This document shows positions 59,553-64,000 of a stretch of DNA of 64,000 nt, piece after piece. Source of the stretch: the human T2T-CHM13v2.0 reference genome, Homo sapiens. Every line of letters starts with the position of its first letter. Position 1 is the stretch's first letter. The DNA is taken from NCBI RefSeq assembly GCF_009914755.1, contig NC_060945.1, one strand, 5' to 3'. The translations under genes and the position numbers were made by a program. Under the pieces are notes generated by a model. The model had not been told where the DNA came from. It searched no databases and was given only the letters and a program-made list of their open reading frames with translations.

Positions 59553-62500
59553 TCATTACTGTTAATTTTTAACTTGATTACCCTGCTGAAGTGTTTGTCT
59601 GGATTATCCACCATTAACTTACTCTTTCCAGATTCCCTTTTGATACTATACTCCTTGAAAGAAAGTCACCGTATACAGCCCCCTTCAACAAGTGTGTGTT
59701 GGCGGGTTATATTCCACCAGATTCAGGGTAAAGATTCTACATAAATTATTTGAAACTCAACATAATTTTTTTCTATTTCTCCTCATTTATTTTTATCCAA
59801 TCATTTATTTATATTAGTATGGATTGATGAATATACTTTGAGCTGTTATCCAATAGTACTTTATTTTGTTCCTCAAACTGTCCCAGCTTTGGCCATTGTT
59901 ATCGTTTGGTTGTTTTTAGTACTTTTTTACTTTGTGGAACAGAAAGAACCTCTGGGCTTATATTATATGTTTTGTGCCCCAATTCTAGAACTAGCTATTT
60001 TTCCAAGGGACTCTATCTTCTTTTATTGGAGAATGGTATTAGAAACCAAGACCATGGTGCTAGTTATAATCATTTTTAATGGGGTCCCTTCGTTAGCTGA
60101 CAGGGTAAAGAAATATACAGGTAAATTCTAACCTGTATTTAGGTAGCTATCTTAAAAAGTGTCCGCATCTATCATCTGTATCTATATTAAAATAAACTGA
60201 GCTCATACTGATTGCCCTAATTCATTACCATATCAATCATTTCAGCTTTCTCATCTTGCTTATCTGTAACTTTAAACTCCTATAGTGAGATACCAGTTTT
60301 CACCACCTGCTATCCATTAACTTAATTCTTTGATCTCATTATATTTACATATACACATATATATATGGTGGTCTCAGTATTATTAGTTTTATACAACAGT
60401 GAGAAATATCTTTATCAACTAGGGTACAGTATTTACAGGCAGTACTTTTGCCTTCAGTCTTACTTAGTCATTTTGCCTTTAGTCATTTCCAAAGTTACTT
60501 AAGAAAGCACCATTTTCATCCACCTCATCATTGAAGTTCCACAATACAACTCTAATATAGTTTAATGCTTTGGTCACAGTCTGTTTTGCATCCTGGAATC
60601 CTTTACCTCCTAAATTATTTTTATCTTGAATATATTAAGGTTTGCTGTTTTGTTCTAAACATCTATGGGTTTTGACAAATGCTAGTATTATGTACCACCA
60701 CACAAGATCATACAGAATAGTTTTACCACTATAAAAACTCCCATTCACCTATTCAACCACCTTGCCCAATCTGATCCTCTGGAAGCCACTGATCTGTTCA
60801 CATCCTTATAGTTTCACCTTTTGCAACATGTCTTATTATTGTAATCATACAGTAGGTAGACTTTCAGACTTGCTTGTTTCACTTAGCTTTCTGAGTTGTA
60901 TGGTGAAGCTGTGCTAGGCTTCATAACAAATGGCCAAACTGGCCACTGAAGTGTCTGTACAATTCTGCCTTCCCACCGACGATGAATAAGAGTTCAGTTT
61001 CTGTTGTTCCACATATTATGAGCAATTAGTATAGTCTTAAAAATTGCTATTAGAATATTTTATAGTGATATCTCATTTTTATTTTGATGTGCATATTTCT
61101 AATGGTAAGTTTTGTTGAGCTTCTTTTCATATACCTATTTATCATATTTATATCATCTTTGGAAATGTGGGTTTTCAGAATTCTTGCCTATTTTTAATTG
61201 GGCTTTTTGTTGGGTTATTATTAAATTTTAAAAATTTCCTTAAAGTTTAATTTGATTTTTTAAATACAAGGCCTTTAATGGATATGTAGTTTGCAAATAT
61301 TTTCTCCCAGTCTTGATTTTTTTTTTTTTGCTTTTTTTGTTACTGTTTTCTGTCTTTCACAGAGCAGAAGTTATTAATTTAATAAAGGTCAACTGATTAA
61401 ATTGTTTTCTTTCACGGGCATTTTTTGGTGTTTTATTTAGAAAATTGTCACCCAAATCAAGTTCACGTAGTTTCTCTCAAATGTTTCATTCTAGAATTTT
61501 TAGGGTTTTCTATTTAACAATGAGATCTATGATTAATTTTGAGTTAACTTTTGGAAAAGGTAAAGTTTGTGTTCATATTCTTTTTTTGCATTTGAACTTT
61601 GAATTGTTCTACCACCACTTATTAAGAAAAACTGCCCTTTTGCCATTGAATTGCATTTGCTCCTTTGTCAAAGTTTCATTGTTACATTTGCATTGATCAG
61701 TTTTTGGGCTCTATTCTGTTCCATTATTCTGTGTGCCTGTTCTTTTGCAATATGGTACTGTTTTAGTTACTGTAGCTTTATAGCAAGTATTGAAAATGGA
61801 TATTATATTTCCTCCACATTTTTTTCTTTTTCTTCAGTAATTTTTGGCTACTCAATATAAATTTAAGAATAACTTTGTCAGGATCTGCAAAATATATCTT
61901 GCCTGCATTTAGATTGGTATATGTGTTGAATCTATAAATTACATTAGTAAGATTGGTCATCTTAACAATATTGAGTCTTTCAAACAATGAAGATGGAATA
62001 TCTCTCCACTTATTTAGAACTTCCTTGATTGAATGCATCAATGTCTTCTAATTTTTTATGTATCAATTCTATACATATTTGTTAGTGTTATACTTAAATA
62101 TTTCATTTTTGGTTGATTTAATTAATGGTACTTTTTTTTCAAATTCCAATCATTTTTTGCTAATAAAGAAGTAATTGACTTTTGCATATCATCCTTGTGT
62201 CATGTAGTCTTGCTGCTGTTGCCTCCTAGTTCCAGGATTTTGCTGTTGATTCTTTGTGATACTTTACAGATAGTCATGTCATTTGTGAATAGATGCAATT
62301 TTATTTCTTCATTTTCAACTTGTATATCTTTCATCTCATTTTCTTGTCTTATTGTGCTGGGAAAGATTTACAATACAATGTTTAATATAAGTGTTCTGTG
62401 AGACATTCTTGCCTTGTTCTTGATCTTAGGGGGAGGGAGACCAGTTTCTCACCATTAAATATAAACTGTAGAGTTTTGAGGGGTGCTCTTTATCAAGATG

Positions 62501-62673
62501 AGGAAGTTTCTCTGTTTCTAGTGTCCCAAGAGTGTTTTTTTATTGTTGTTGTTAATAATAGATGTTAGCTCTTGCCAAATACTTCTTCTGCATCATTTGA
62601 TGATCATATATATATTACATATATATTTTTTCTACATCACTTGATGAGCTAATATATATTTATAATATATTAT

Positions 62674-62676
<3 letters not shown>

Positions 62677-62712
<36 letters not shown>
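62677..62712. repeat. (GATA)9 STR
   Basis: Counted directly. Confidence 0.95.
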
Positions 62713-62714
<2 letters not shown>

Positions 62715-64000
62715 GTTTTTCTTTGTTAACACTTAGATGTGGTGGATTGAATTGAATTGATTGATTTGCAAGTGATGAACCAGCTTGAATAGCTGGGTAT
62801 ATCCCACTTGGTCATGCTTTATTCACTTTTTTCCTAAATGTTTGGTAAAATTTACCAGTGAAACTACCAGGTTTGGTGCTTTTTTAAAAACGTTTTTAAC
62901 TATTGATGTGACTTCTTTAATAGATATAGCACTAGTAAAATTAGCTGTTTCTCCTTGTGAGAGATTCTGTAGTTTTGTTGTTGATGTTTTTCAAGGAATT
63001 TAACCGTATCAACTGAGTTCTACTATTTTGGCAGAGTTCGTTAGTATCCCTTCATCATCTTTTTAATGGGAATAAGCAATGATAGGTGATCTTTGATTTT
63101 TGATGTTTATAATTTGTGTCTTCTATCTTTTTATTTTGATTTTCTTGACCAGCCAAGAACCAGCCTATGATTTCATTTATATTTTATGTTATCTTTCTGT
63201 TTTGACTTTCATTAATTTTCTTCTAGTTTTTATTATTTATTTTATTCCTTCTCTCTCATATATTATTCATCTGTTTTTTCACTATGTCTACTTCATCTGT
63301 TAGAACCCTGGAGTCATTAATCAGAGGTGTTTTTAATTCTTGTCTGATACACCATCTGTTTCATCTCTGAGTCTGGTTCTGATGATTGCCTTATCTCTTC
63401 TTAGTGTGTTTTTTTCTCACCTTGTGGTATTTTTTGTTGAAAGCCAAATATAATGTATTAGGTCATATAAACTGAGGTAGATAGGTCAGCAAAAGAGTTT
63501 GTGTTAATCTAGATAGGAATTTGACTGTACTTAATATTTGCTATATAACAAGTATCAGAGACATTCAATTGTGCAGCATCATTGTTTTTGTTATTTTTCC
63601 TTTAACTTTCATGAGCACTCCTCCCTTATAAACAGCCTGTTTCTTGAAGCGCTTTCAGCCATATCTGCTATTAATATACAGATGGATGTCTCATTATTCA
63701 CCATAGTTTATGTTCTAACAAATACTGTGCCATTGCTGCTAAAGGAAACACAGAGTTAAATTCCCTTGAGCCTCTTACCACATTTTCACCCACTGAAATG
63801 CTTTTTGTGTTATATAGGTCCATTTACTATCATCCTTAAAAAGAAATCCACTGTCATCAAGGTTGAAAACCTGTTTTTCACATAACCCTTTTCCCATGTA
63901 ACACTTAGCAGATTAAAAAAAAATTACTTTGCAGCCTCGTATTCTGCAGAAACTGCCTCACCTATAAGTTTAACATTTTTGTGCTATATTATTTTTTGAA

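Overview
AT-rich, repeat-dense primate genomic DNA, almost certainly human because it holds an AluYa5 with all five diagnostic positions. It reads as a long intron or gene-poor region. I recognise no known host gene, RNA gene or CRISPR array. Most long ORFs are LINE-1 ORF2 pieces, Alu read-throughs or microsatellite artefacts. The window has about 13 Alu-family SINEs, about 10 L1 copies, several LTRs (THE1D, MLT1, MLT2A1, MER34-like, LTR16/33-like), MaLR/ERVL internal remnants, a MER30, MIR/L2 fragments and STRs. The L1s include one apparently full-length L1MA and three twin-primed 5'-inverted copies. I found no convincing new biological system. The best unexplained signals are: (1) a diverged ~210-bp duplication (3612/5604) that keeps a splice acceptor and reading frame, inside a cluster of + strand exon-like segments at 2.3-6.2 kb; (2) a micro-inversion bounded by a 55-bp inverted duplication at 46.6-47.2 kb; (3) a chimeric 206-aa ORF created at an L1PA4 inversion junction; (4) several template-switch scars; (5) a strong minus-strand bias of retroelements, suggesting a + strand host transcript. 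Repeat subfamilies are called from remembered consensus features, old-repeat boundaries are approximate, and identities were counted by hand.
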